Source of the DNA: Chrysomallon squamiferum
Lineage: Eukaryota > Animalia > Mollusca
DNA length: 64,000 nt
Assembly: GCA_012295275.1 (NCBI GenBank)
Contig: CM022665.1
Coordinates: forward strand, 37,076,001-37,140,000
Reading direction: 5' to 3'
Position numbers and translations under genes: made by a program. Shown piece after piece: positions 12,101-25,100 of the stretch. Below the pieces are notes generated by a model. That model was not told where the DNA came from. It was given only the letters and a program-made list of their open reading frames with translations, and searched no databases. The first letter of the stretch is position 1, and each line of letters begins with the position of its first letter.

Positions 12101-13276
12101 CATTCTAGATCTGATGAGTATGATATGAATGCAAAACGGGCCAAAGTGGATCTGAGGAAGACGAGCTGGATGAATGGCTTCATGATGTATAGCAGACTAA
12201 ACAGGAGACGATTTATTGAGTAAGATAACTAGTTAAAGCTTATGTGTTCAGGAAAGTATGTTTAAAATGTCTATGTGTTAGGCCTATTGTTCATACATAC
12301 ATTTGCCAATAAGAAAAAATAATACGTAAATAAATTCATCTTGGCTGCTATTTTACCTTATTTACTAATAACATTTTGTGACCTTAAATGTGACAAAACC
12401 TTACAGATCATTATAGAATTGCTGTATCTTCAGCCTTGTCATATTTGAAGGTGTGTCTATGCAAACTGACAAGGAAAGATTGAAAAAGTCAGCATCCTGC
12501 GTTTGTAATTATTATTGTTACACATTATTATTGTCAAAGGAAAGTAATTATCAAAGATAAAAAATGTATTTAGGCTCTCTGAATCAGAAAAGACACCTTT
12601 TAATCAGATAATATCTTCAATTCTCTATCAATAATAAATATGTTATTCAATGAGTTATTGATGGATTTATATTTAAATGTAACTTGTGTACTGCTTTCCC
12701 AGAGCAAACCCAGGTGTTCTCACATCAAGTATCAGTAAAATGATGGGTCAAGCTTGGAGAAATATGTCTGATACAGAGCAGACACCATACAAGTGAGTGT
12801 ACATCATTAAACTAATAACTATCTTATCTGGAAAAGCAATCATACCTTGAATCCTCTGGGGTTTTTTTTTGGATGAAAAACGAAAAAAAAACTTTTTATA
12901 TTTTATTATTATTTTTTTAACTATTTTTATCATTATTACAGGCAGTTGATATTCATCGTTAAAATGACCCTGCAATCTGTTATTATACTGTTGTTTTAAC
13001 ATAAATATGAATAACATGGATTCTATACTTTGACATTTGTATAACAATAATAATTAGTGTAATCATTTATTTATTTATTTATTTTATTATTATTATTATT
13101 TATTAAGGGAAAAGGCAAAGCAGTTTTCTCAAGAAATGCAGAGAGAGCAGAATAATCTCAAGGTAGAGAAGACAGAAAATAGCACAGAAATAAAGTATAG
13201 TGTACATGAGCCAGTATCTGTTGAGGCCCTGGCCTCTCTTATAAAAGTGAAACAAGAAAAAGAATTTGTGTTTTAA
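5874..13276 (+). CDS. MEIOSIN: bHLH + HMG-box protein, MEIOSIN/BHMG1 (meiosis initiator)-like, ~638 aa, 14 coding exons
   Basis: Phase-consistent GT-AG exons: 5874-5920, 7249-7495, 7981-8141, 8596-8680, 8988-9120, 9399-9445, 9641-9872, 10306-10385, 10570-10686, 10898-11201, 11544-11637 (alternative in-frame acceptor 11526), 12109-12219, 12703-12792, 13108-13276 (TAA); total 1917 nt. bHLH: HRENERVRHHTLNESLRVICHLIPGCSDDGRETKVVMMQRIISYIAYLENSI. HMG box: RKTSWMNGFMMYSRLNRRRFIEANPGVLTSSISKMMGQAWRNMSDTEQTPYKEKAKQFS. The NGF.M..R.NR...PG...WR.M...PY..KA..FS pattern and the bHLH-linker-HMG order are those I recall for MEIOSIN/BHMG1. Confidence 0.85.
6422..6572. repeat. ~60-bp tandem repeat, ~2.5 copies, in MEIOSIN intron 1
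   Basis: The unit CAGTAC..TTACAGCATAATTAAG.TAAT.GA.AATA.TGAGA..AA.T.AAGT recurs at ~6422, 6480 and 6540. Confidence 0.75.
9953..10133 (+). other. Candidate alternative terminal exon of the MEIOSIN-like gene (GDVLSDGDNH*, then poly(A) signals)
   Basis: Acceptor CTATTTTCAG|GT at 9952/9953 is in phase with the exon ending at 9872. TGA at 9982-9984. Three AATAAA at 10117-10133. Confidence 0.4.
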
Positions 13277-15935
13277 ATAGAAATTGTAATAAAAAGTAAA
13301 AGAAAATTTTAGAATGTTCTCATATTCACCAAAACATGTGAAACAACAATGAAGTAATCCGGTGAATATTAACACAATTTTGAATTTCAAGTTAAAGTAT
13401 ACATTTTTAATGTTTATTTTTATTATTATTATTTTTTATTATTATTATTATAAATGTCAATATAATAGATATACACACAAGAATTAAAAGATCACAAAAT
13501 TTACGAATTTTTGCAGAAAAACTAAAGCAGTTTTAAAGGATTATTGTTCAAAACATGATTATATTTAACCTAAACAGTTTATTCTATCTAATACTTGGTA
13601 GTTATATTAATAATTTTTATAACATTTATAAATGTTATAAATTAAAGTAGCTTATTTAAATCATGTAAGAATTATTTCACCTCAAATATTTTAATAAGCT
13701 TTATAGGGATGTTTTATTCCAGTGTGCTTCTAAAATTAATGATGATAATTTATAATGGAATATAACAATAATTTCCATGATAACGATTTACAGAAAATTC
13801 TAATATTGCTTAAAATTTTAAACTGACAAAACTATGAAAAACTTTATTAAGAAATAATTTTATTTTTATTTTGGCCACCTTGTTGCATAATAATATATAA
13901 AATTAAAATCTGTTTAATAAAAATTATATGTGAAATTTATTGGAAGAATTAATATAATAGGGTTTTGGGAATGGGGGGTTAGTCTCTTTATTTTTGGGTG
14001 GATGTTCGGTTGTTGTTTGTTTCTTTTTGTAAGTGTATGTTTTAAACTTGGAACATTAATAAAATAATGGAAAGGAATATTTTAGCTAATAACATTCAGT
14101 ATAATTTTAATAATTACTATTTCTCTCAGGTGTCAGAATAATTAAGCAAATTGAACAAATTAGCATACTTTTTATGATCATGAACCATTAAGACAGGAAT
14201 GAAAGTACCAAAATAAAAGTTTCAACATCAGATCACTGATGATTATCATTCCTTTGTATGTTTTTTTATTAAGTGTTTTGAGTAAAGTATCAGCGTCCAT
14301 GAAAGATTAAAAAAAAAAAAACCAAAACAAACAAACAAACAGCTAGAGCTATGCACTCTTTCTAAAGAATTATAATGATATTGCCAATTTTAGCAAATTT
14401 AAAGTTTTATATTTATACCTTTTGTGATAATTATTCTGCTAAACCCCAATTCAGCTTATATGGTGGTTGCTGTAATTTTGTGGCTTAGAGTACATATCTT
14501 AGCATCAGTAAATGGTATGTCTCAAAATAACAGCCTAGGTACTTCCCAGCCACCTTTTGATTCTAAAGTACAATGACTTTAATTGTCCAGCTAAAATAAT
14601 ATTTCATCCTTGTTTTATAACTGCACCCAGAAATGGTGCTATTTTCTTTCTTTTAGCTTCAATTCATTGTTATGTTAATAATTAGGATCTATATTTAACA
14701 TTTGCATAGGTGACTAGGATTATGCAAAATCTATTGCAACTGGTTGTATTGTGTTTGTCATCAGTTGATTTTTAATTGTGATAAATTATCAGAGAGCAAA
14801 GGAGGATGTTTCTAACGTACTAATCTAATTGTGTATTCAGGTTTCTATTTTATAGTTTTAGTGAAATTGGAAATGTCGGGTGTAAACTTGATTGGACAAA
14901 ACCATTCTTTGTTTTTGAAATTAATATTGAATAAAAATGTACATAGTGAGTAAATATTAATATTTCAGACTAAATAAGACCAAGTCTTTAATAAACAGTG
15001 ACATCCAGTAATTAGGTTGAAATTTTAAATAAATACAGCAAGGACAAAAAATGACAAAAACCAGTTTCACAAAAAAGAAAAATTAAAAATACTTGTAATT
15101 TATCTCAAGAGTGAAACACAAAATTACGTGAACAGATCCTAAATAATAAATAATGTTTGTTTCTTTATCTTTGTAAAATTTAAATTTTCATTCCATTGTT
15201 ATCAACTTTCATTAAACTGAGCTGTTACTGCTCTGATTATTATAATTGTTTGTAGCCTTTTAAAAACATGTTAAAACTGTTAATATTAATAGAGACAGTA
15301 ATGAAAGGTTTTCTTATACTTAAATAAAACATTTAGTAACAAAAATAAGTTTGATGAGCATTCTGTACAACATGGTTTAGTATTTTTTGTTGTTGTTTTT
15401 TTGCTGTAGTTCATTTTAGTTTATTGATTTTTTTCTTTTTTTTTATTGTGAAAAATTGGCTTTTGAAGAGACTGATTCTTATTGTAGAATTTTTTTTTTT
15501 AATTACAGAATATGGGCAACAGTCCATTTATTCTACAAATGAATATATCTATTTATTCAATTACTGAAGTTACTACTGTTAAATTGAATAATTTCTTATT
15601 GTTTTTGATTACATTGTGATTAAATAGAAGTTAAATGGATATTAAATTTAGTTTTTTTTTTTTTTGGTGCCTGGGACAGTGCATATAATATGTTTTCTTT
15701 TGTATATATGTTACCAAAAGAACAATGAAAGAAAGTTCAAATAAATTTAGGCCAAACAGTTATAAACACTCCTCACTTAACAACACATAAAGCATTTAAT
15801 CTTGTATTATCCATTCTCAATTTCAGTCTTCTTACTGCATTTGGTCAGTATTCACTGCACTAATGTTCACAATCTCTATGACTACATATTTCATCTATAA
15901 ATTTAAAACAAAGTTAACAGTTTGGAGTTTCCTTT

Positions 15936-15973
<38 letters not shown>

Positions 15974-17642
15974 CCCCATTTACTCAAAATAAATAAAAAC
16001 AATTACCTGTGTCTGCTGTATCCAAATGTGAGTAAAGTACATTATAGCTGATTTCCTCTATTCTGTTTAAACAGTATACACAACACATATAAATATTTAA
16101 AAATGTACTAAAAATGTTATAAATGGTGCAACAGTCGTATTAAAACACCATCTTGAGATGGTTGAGTCACTGTCAGTAAAGTATGTTTGAAATATCAGTG
16201 ATAGGTGGCTTCTTGCTGTAAGAATGGAACTCATTTGTTAAAATGTGAGGAACGGCTTTATTGTAAGTCGAACTGGATGAGCTGTCTTAAAAATGTTGTT
16301 TGTTTGTTCGTTTTACAGTAATAGTTTAAATCTTTGTTTTGTTAATAACCATGTTCTTGCATTGTTAATTATTTATTTATAAGTAATGTTATTGGTATGA
16401 AACTAGCTTTCATCTTTCATTTGTATATGAACATTATGGGGACGTGTTTGGCAAAAATAAAAAATAGTATTTTTTATATTACAGAATTGAAACTTTATGG
16501 AAATAATCCCCTTTTGTTACAGTATAAAACTATTACTAGTTTATTTTTTTATGACAAATAGTTACTTTCATTTTTGACTTTTGTAAAAATATTATAGTAC
16601 CCCATTTCATGAACATTTCCAACCCAAACAAATATATATATGTAGGTATGTATATATGTATATACACACACACATCACTGAAATTGCTGAGGTTTATCAT
16701 AGACATGTGTTTCTACAAAAAATGACAGACAGAAATTAGTCTTTATTTACATACTTTAAAAGAAATAATTAAAAAAAAAAAAAAAATTCATTCATATTTT
16801 GAAATAAAAGTTACATGAAGGTTACATGAAAAGAACAGTTAATTTTCCCAAGATTTTCTTTCTGTCATATGTAGTTTTTGTTTCTAAATATACATATTTG
16901 AAATTTGGAATCTAGCACGTTTTCACACAGCATCATCCCCAAAACAAGTGAAGTTTTATAAACCATATTTCCACTTACTGTGGCAAGAGAGGTGATGTTA
17001 TGCATTATTTTTTATGTTATATATGTATACAGGTCCTTTTGCCAAAAAACCTGAAACGTATCTGAAAAAGTAAATTTTTTATATACATTTTCTAAAATAT
17101 TATTTTGTTTATTAAAATTTTATCATTTCTCGCCAAGCGTGTCCCCCCCTGATTGTCTTTTATTGTATTTTCTTTTTTGATCCTCAATTATCAGGATGCT
17201 TACTTTTAAATATGACAGGAAAATTTTGTTCAGTGTTTTGTAGTTTCTGAAAGAGAACAAAGTTATTGTTTGTTATTTACCTCTTTTTTTTTTTTTTTGT
17301 TGCTTTTGTTTAGAAGGTTGTCAGTTAACATTTAAAATTGATCTTTGATTTATGGTCCTAAAATTAAATGTTTTACAGTTAGATATTCACATTTCTGAAA
17401 TTTCATCTGTATTACTTTCAAAATCTGGGTAGAAATAAAAAAATGTATCACATATACAATTTTATTCCGACTTTTAAAATTGATCAATTTTCAGGTTTCA
17501 CTGTCTGTTTTACTAAAGGTAGAAAATGTTTTTATTTGTTTAGTACTTAATTGCAAATTTTGGATCGCAAATGTTCAAAACTATTCAAAATTTATTACTA
17601 ATGATAACAAATGTGTTTATGAAAAGCTTTTATTTCCAAGTA

Positions 17643-17898
17643 CAGGTTGAGGATCCCTAATCTGAAATTCCAAAATCCAAAACTTTCCAAGCAGCATAAA
17701 TAGTGATAGCTTACAGTTTTCAAATTGTTTTGCATCCATGTACTTTACTTTATTCAGAAAAATTATTACAAATATTGTGTAAAAAAATCTTTCAGATAAT
17801 TTATATAAGTGGAATATAAAATATAAATGTTCTCAGGCTATCTCCTTAAATTATAAAATCTGAAAAATTGTGAAATTGGATAAAGGATTCTCAGCTTG
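17643..17898. mobile_element. Non-autonomous pogo/Tigger-type MITE, 256 bp
   Basis: TA|CAGGTTGAGGATCCCTAATC ... GATAAAGGATTCTCAGCTTG|TA: imperfect ~20-bp TIRs with TA on both sides. The terminus resembles Tigger4-type ends. Confidence 0.75.
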
Positions 17899-19106
17899 TA
17901 TTAAGAATATTTTCATTTTACATCAATAGAAAATTAGATTACATAAAATAAAAGTTGTATGGTACTAAAGACAGGTCAACATTTATGATGATGTTAAATC
18001 CAAATTGAAAATACTGTGTACCAACATTCAAATTCCTGGTAATTTAATTTTTCAATCACAAAATGCTAAATAATGGAAACAAATTTCTCTCATCCTTTAA
18101 TCATGCTTTTAAAACTTGGACCAACATACATTATTACTATAGCTAACTGCTGTCCTTTTTTTTTTCTTCTTTCTTTCTTTTTTTGTTTTTTTTATTTTTG
18201 ACAATTATAAGTCAAAGTAGTTTTGTTTTGTTCAGCAAAATGTATATTTATCCAGACAAGAATATTTTTCTGTTGTTGTTTTTCAGTATTAAATATATGT
18301 TATTCATCTTGTTTGTCTTATTTTTTTATTATTACAGATATCGTATAACTTTCTGAAAATTTCTGACTTCAAGATAGTGAAAACTTATTTATCTCCAATT
18401 CTGATATTACGTGAATATTCCTTACTTTAAAAAATCTGACAAACAGAAATCAAATTTCATTCCATTTTTTTAAAGCAGTGAAAATAATTATCAACAATGC
18501 ACATTCCATAACAATTTTTTATTTCACCTCTTTTTTGTTATTTTCAATAACCAAATTGTTTTAAATGTTATCAACATTAATCTTCCCATATAAATTGTAT
18601 TTCCATTTTACAGCTTTTCAAGATAAAATAAAGTGTCATTTTAATAATTACTATTTTTCAAAGCAACCTTTGAAAATTATATAAAAAAAATAAAATAAAA
18701 ATAATTATCTGTAATAAAAAGAAATCCTTCTTTGAACAGAAGCAACAGAACATTCAATTTCTTTCAAAGGCCGCAGTCTCTTTCTGCATATTTCATCAAA
18801 ATTTAACTTTATATTTCCATTACAGCACAGAACCTACTAGATTTTAACATTTCACTAATCTTTGTCTATCACCTCTTGAATAGATTTTCAAATTATTATG
18901 TAAAATTTGTTTTGTTAATTTGTATTTTTACTGCAAAAACCAAAGCGCTAACCCTTTTCTATTACTTTGTTTGAATTTCAAACTATAATTTCCAGTACAT
19001 ATCTGCATTTTGTTAATTTGCATTCTCCAGTCCACAACAGTGGAAGAATAGATGAAATGTCACAGATAACAGTCTGGTTTTTCTTTAATAAATGTGGTTT
19101 TGGATG

Positions 19107-22100
19107 TCATCTCCATGTTTTCTTTGCCCTCCAGTTAAAAAGGTCGAGATCATTTTCATCCAAGTCTTCATCTGAATCATCACCTTGCTGTCCACTCCCA
19201 GTCTTCTGCATCACAACTTCTTTCTTTACATGAAGATCTTCAATTTCTCGCCAGCGAGTGCTGAAACAGCAAAAATAATAAATGGATTATAAGCCATAAA
19301 TTCCTAATACTTTTTATCTCTATGGTTAAAAATTATTTAAATTTATGAAACTTGACAGATGAATCCTACTCTGGCACTCAAAGGTATAAAGCTCAGCCTC
19401 TAAAAGTAGATTATCATGTAAAACAGCAGCTTGAAGTAAATTTTTATAATAAAATTACCTTTAGACCAGTCCAACAGTATAAAATAGTAAGCATAGAGAT
19501 AAATACATCAAAAGGCAAAATGGTGATGATTTATCATAGGATAACAAAAATATATTCAAGAATTCAGTTTCCCTTAAAAGGAAAGTTGATAGCATGTTTT
19601 TATGTTTTTATATCAGAATTTATTAATGGACATAAAAATATAATTATTAAATTTCACAAATCTGATTACCTAATGTAAAACACTATTTTGAAAAGGATAA
19701 TAGCAATTTATTTTGGTTTGTTACTTACATCTGATCATCAATTTCATCAATATTTCTGTCTAAATTGGCCTGAACATCATCTTCATCTATGATAACCCGA
19801 GATACCTATAATTTAACATTACGTCTATTATATCTCACATTTATGAAACTGGGATAATATGGTTCAATTTTATATAAATATACAAGCTAAAACATTTCTA
19901 GGAAAGATTTGCTTAGAGTGTCTCATCAGTGTAATTCTTTGAAAAATGTTCTAGTTAGAAAGTAGATAGTTCATTAAGATTACTTAACATTATTTACATT
20001 TTAAAATATGTCAGGAAATATGGATGTTTCCTGTAAATAATAACATTTCAGAATTTTTTAATGTTGCATCATTAACAATAAAAATTATTTCATTCAACTT
20101 ACATGTGTTTCCTCCTGCATGGCTCTCTGGAACTGTTCCCATTCTTCATCCATCTTGTCTTTGTATTCTACTTGACGAATCTATCAGGAAATTAGGATAT
20201 ATTAATCAATATATTTTATTACAAATTTGATATCTTTTAAATATTATTTTATCAGTTTTGGTTGGATTTTGTATCTGAAAGCGGAACTTGATGCTTAAAG
20301 AAACATTTAATTAGCAGGTTTCATTTTATAAGTATTATTTACTTCTTTTTGCAATTCCTTTTTCTCAAAGACCAATAAATTGTTTTCAGAAAAATAAATT
20401 TATATCAACTTTGATATCTGAGCAGTCTTTGTTTTTTTTTGTTTAATTTATTTTACTTTCTTTTCTTTTATAAATTTGTTTTAAAATAAAATTGAATAAT
20501 TTGTCACACAGTAAATTCTATTTTCAGATATAATTAAAAATAATACAGTGGCATTATTTGTTTGTTTCAAGACATTAACTAAAACTAACTTTAGCATCCA
20601 GTTTTGGATCATCAAAAAATCCTTCTGGTAGTTTTTCTGACATAATTTGTGGAATTTTTCTTCCTTTTCTTCCTTTTCTTCTTCTGCAGGAGGGTTGTCA
20701 AAAAAATCTACAAATACAAAAGAAAATTAAACACTTTATAAATGTTTATAAAACCTCTGTTCAAATTAAACCACTAACCATGCTTTATGTAAGTTAAAAC
20801 AAATAAAACGACTATTAGATAAATATATAAAATTTACTTTCATTTATATAATCAACATTGTCTAATATTATCATCAATGTATTTTGGTTTGTCACCAAAC
20901 ATTTACTCTTTCATTAGAAAAAAATATTTACTCTGTTAGTTCCCCAATAGATATATTTTAAGTTTAGGATAATGTCTGAAATTTCACAATAAGTTCCTCA
21001 GGTGAATGTTGTATGAGACTGTAATGCTGATATAAGATTCAGATGTGCAGCTAATCATAAGACTGAAAGCATTATTCTGCTTAACATAAAGTATCCTCAG
21101 AAAATTCTTCTACTAACAGATGTGCACTAAAAAATAAAACACAGCCTACTGGTGAATGAAACTGACAAATTTTAATTGGAAAATTAAAGAAGAATAATAC
21201 TTCTGTGCATGTCTGTGTTGTCACTGTTGAAACACTGCTGTCACATGGTACTTAAAAACCTCCAACAATTCAACCTCAGTTAGTGCTTAACTACTAGATT
21301 CAATTAACTATAATTATTTAACCAACTTGTTGGGAAACTATCTGAGATGTAGCAAATACCTACTAATGTCAATTTTACTTTGTTTTTATCATTTAGTTCA
21401 TGAACAGTTACCTGGAGGTAGACCTGAGACTGAAGATTTGCTTGTTGTTGATGGAATTACTGAACTTGTTTCTGATTCTTCTTCATCAGATGTATCTGAT
21501 GGTGAAGTGTCTGCAAAATCTACTGGTAACCTGTAGTTTATAACACAACATAATTTAATTCTGAATTGTCTTTAACATTAATACCAGGTATTTTTTTTTT
21601 TTTTTAATATGCCACACTTGTAAAATTTAGATATTATTTATTCAAAAATATGTAAAACAGAAATTTTGTAATAAACAGCAATTAATATTTTTTCTAAAAT
21701 ATATAAAAGAATTTTTTTTTTTTAAGAACTTACTTATTTGTGATTCCATTTGTATCTGAAAGAAAATAAACTTATAAGTAAATAATTGAAACATTTAAAA
21801 CCATATTTATAGTGTCTGAGTTAATCATGTAGGTGACCTTATTAGTTTGACTTGCATGAAATTGTAAAAAATAAAGAGCTATTTTCAATATTATTACATA
21901 TGCATTTCACTAAATGTATGCATGAATGCTCTTGTATGATTGAAATATTTTTTATATAATATATATCGTAAACAAAAACTCAGTGATTAAAATATTTTAT
22001 TAATTAAGTTTTCAAGATAACTGAAAAACAAAATGTTTTAATCATCATTTTTATTAATAATTAAGTGAATACCCTATTAAGTTCTACCTTTTAATTTTTT

Positions 22101-25100
22101 GCTCTCAGGACTGCACGCTGGTTCTGAGGCTGGTCGTTTTAATGATGCAGGAACTTCAGGGTATGCAGCTGTCTGCTTCAAAGCAAGTCTCTGTTCAATG
22201 AAAGAAAAATTCAATATTTCAGTCAATGGGGTTTTTAAATTAACAAACGGAAAACAAATCTATGTAATGATTTCACTAAAAGAAAATTTTTATTAAAATT
22301 TGATTCTGTATATTGTTTTTGAGATCAATAAAAAAAAAAATTAAAATATTTTAAAATATAATTTTGTCATTTCTGGCTGGACTTTTTATTTAAAAACCCA
22401 TCTTAAATAAGGAAACTTAACAGATCTAACTTTAAAAAATATTTATAAAATATATATTTTTTATTTTATTCTTTCTATTCTACTATTAAAATGATAAATG
22501 ATCAAACTTAATACAAAACATAAAATTTGATAAATAATGCAATTAAATGAAGTTTTGTAACACGTTACGTGTCCTTCAAAATGTAACTGTTAAAAATTAA
22601 CTTATTTTTGGACGGATACTATAACATAAATAATATTTTGAATGATCAAAAGTGCAATTTTAACATCAAATGATAAAATTAAAAGGGTGAAAATTAGTGA
22701 CTGGTCACTTATTTTCATCTATGATAGTGAATTGCAAAAATCATCACTTTTGTTTAATGGTACCTGCTAGCAGATAGTAAAATTTACTTCTGATTTAAAC
22801 TCACCTCTTTGTGTTGCTTTGTAAGAAGATGTGGTGCCCAAAGAAGATCATTTTTGATAACACAGTTACACAATGTACAGACCAATTTATCTAAAGAATT
22901 ATATCTTGCAAGGTTAAGGAAAAACAATGAAACTGATTAAACTGGTTTAACAGAAGAATAACTTTCAGGTTACACATTTTAATATTTTGTTAGGTGGATA
23001 ACATAAATGTGGTTATACTTTGGTGTTTGAAGTTACCATATTTACATCACTAGCATAATTATGAATAAGACATTTTTGTGAACGTATATTCTTGAACAAA
23101 TGAATTTAATTAATGTTATACCCAAAATTATTTTTTAAAAATGGATTTTAAATTATGATTCATAAATATCTATTACACGATATAGATAATAATCACTGAA
23201 AATTTTAATGTAAATGATAAACAAACTATCATTTAAATTTATTTTAATTATATGCAGCTTTCTGTGAAACAACATTGCAATCAGTTATTTCAGATATGTC
23301 TTGTGTAAGTAATATGTTTCTGGTAAAGAGAAAGAATGAAACAGTTTTATTCACAACAAATTTATTCTCATAAGCACTTGGTAATATGAATGTGTCTGAC
23401 TCCAGCCAAAACTCAGGAATGGACTTGGAACTATTGACATGGTCCTGGCACAAGGATTTGAGTCTCCTCTGGAGGCAAATATGACCCTTGTTCTTGCACT
23501 TCTTCAGGGGGTGTCAACTGCATCCTGTTGAAGAACAGTGTGTACAGAGGATTCGTCACGCTGGAACCACTAGATAACTTTCCAGTCAGAAGGATGATGA
23601 TGGCCTACCATGCTGAAAAAACTTATTGTTCCACCCTTCACAAATGTTGTTCATTCAGTGGTTGTCCTTGAGAGTGGTCTCATGTACATTCCATACAGAA
23701 GGTTGAAAGAGTGGTGGTATGCGGCAAAGTCAGAGGTTTGTGGAGTCATCTTGGGATCCTATCATCTGGAAGCTCCCACTCACATAGTTCTTGTCAAAGT
23801 AGTTGACAAGTTCAGAAGCTTCTGGTGGTGCATTGTCCTTCATGTAATCTATACCTTTGGGGACTTCATCAGCAGGTAGAAATGCAAGACCATCCATCTT
23901 GCTGCAGAACATACGAAAGTCCTCATTGTCCCTGTAGTGATTGATGAGTCCAAGCTGCTGGACCTTCCGTGTAAGGTGGTAGAAACAACCCTTACTCTGC
24001 ATGTCCCTGCCAAATACACCTGCTACTGCTCGAAGTACACCGTCCTCAAAGTCAGTGATCACAGTCTGAATGTCCATCTCAAACCTGTACTCCTCACACT
24101 TGTCCACAACCACTTGAAACACTTTATCATACACAGAATGGGACTTGTTCTGCAGTAGTGCGTAAACATGTTATTCCAACATCACGGAAAGGAACACGAA
24201 GCACATAAACCTGGGAGAACTGAGCTGGAGTCATGGAGAAGTTAACATCCATTAAGATGTGGTCGCAGAGGCCAGGTGCCCGAGTCCCAATTCTGTGCTA
24301 AAGGCGATGATCCTGCTAACAGCCTCTGGTCCAGCGTCATAGAGTAGGAATGGCTCTGGATGAGGGCCAACGGTCTTCTGCCACTCATCTGGCAGTATGA
24401 ACTCAGAGAGGTGCTGTGGTACTGGAGGAGTCTTGTGTTGGTTGTGTAAACTGCACTTAATGTTCTCCTTGAGTGGTATATTCATATATTTGTGATATTT
24501 ATTCTAATGATGGCACTAATGATTCTGAGGAATGGTGCTCCCTCACATCTTTTATATTGATATAATGAGTAATTAAGTTGGAAGTCATCTGGGAAGCCAT
24601 ACATGAGATAAGATAACGGGATAGATCTGAGGATAAGATAAAGGGATAGATCTGAGGACATAAAGAGAAGGGATTATCCTTCGAAAGGGTCAATTAGAAA
24701 ATGGCTTCTTAAAGAAAATGATAATTGAGACATTTAAAGAACCCATCTGATAGATCAAGGACTCAATGACAATTAAAGCTCAGTTGGGTAAGTTAATTGG
24801 GAAACTGACTTATGTTAAAGAGATGTAGAGATATACACTGACATAGTGTTTATGGTGAAACATATGGATTGTCAATTAGGGAAAGATAATTGATGGGTGA
24901 AAGAGGTGCATATTTATGATGGAATATTCAAGAAGCATTAAAAATATTCGACTGGCACAAAAAATAATTTTTAATACCTTTAACATATTTAAAATAGGAA
25001 TTTTAGGAAAAATGTAGTGTTTCTTTCTTTCCTACAACTTCAAGTACAACCTATGTTTGCATACCAGAAGTAAAAATAAATATAGCAATATCGATATTCA

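Noticed and set aside
18967-22296. + strand ORFs 18967-19233, 20024-20230, 21327-21536 and 22099-22296
   Set aside because: They are antisense shadows of ZNF830 exons.
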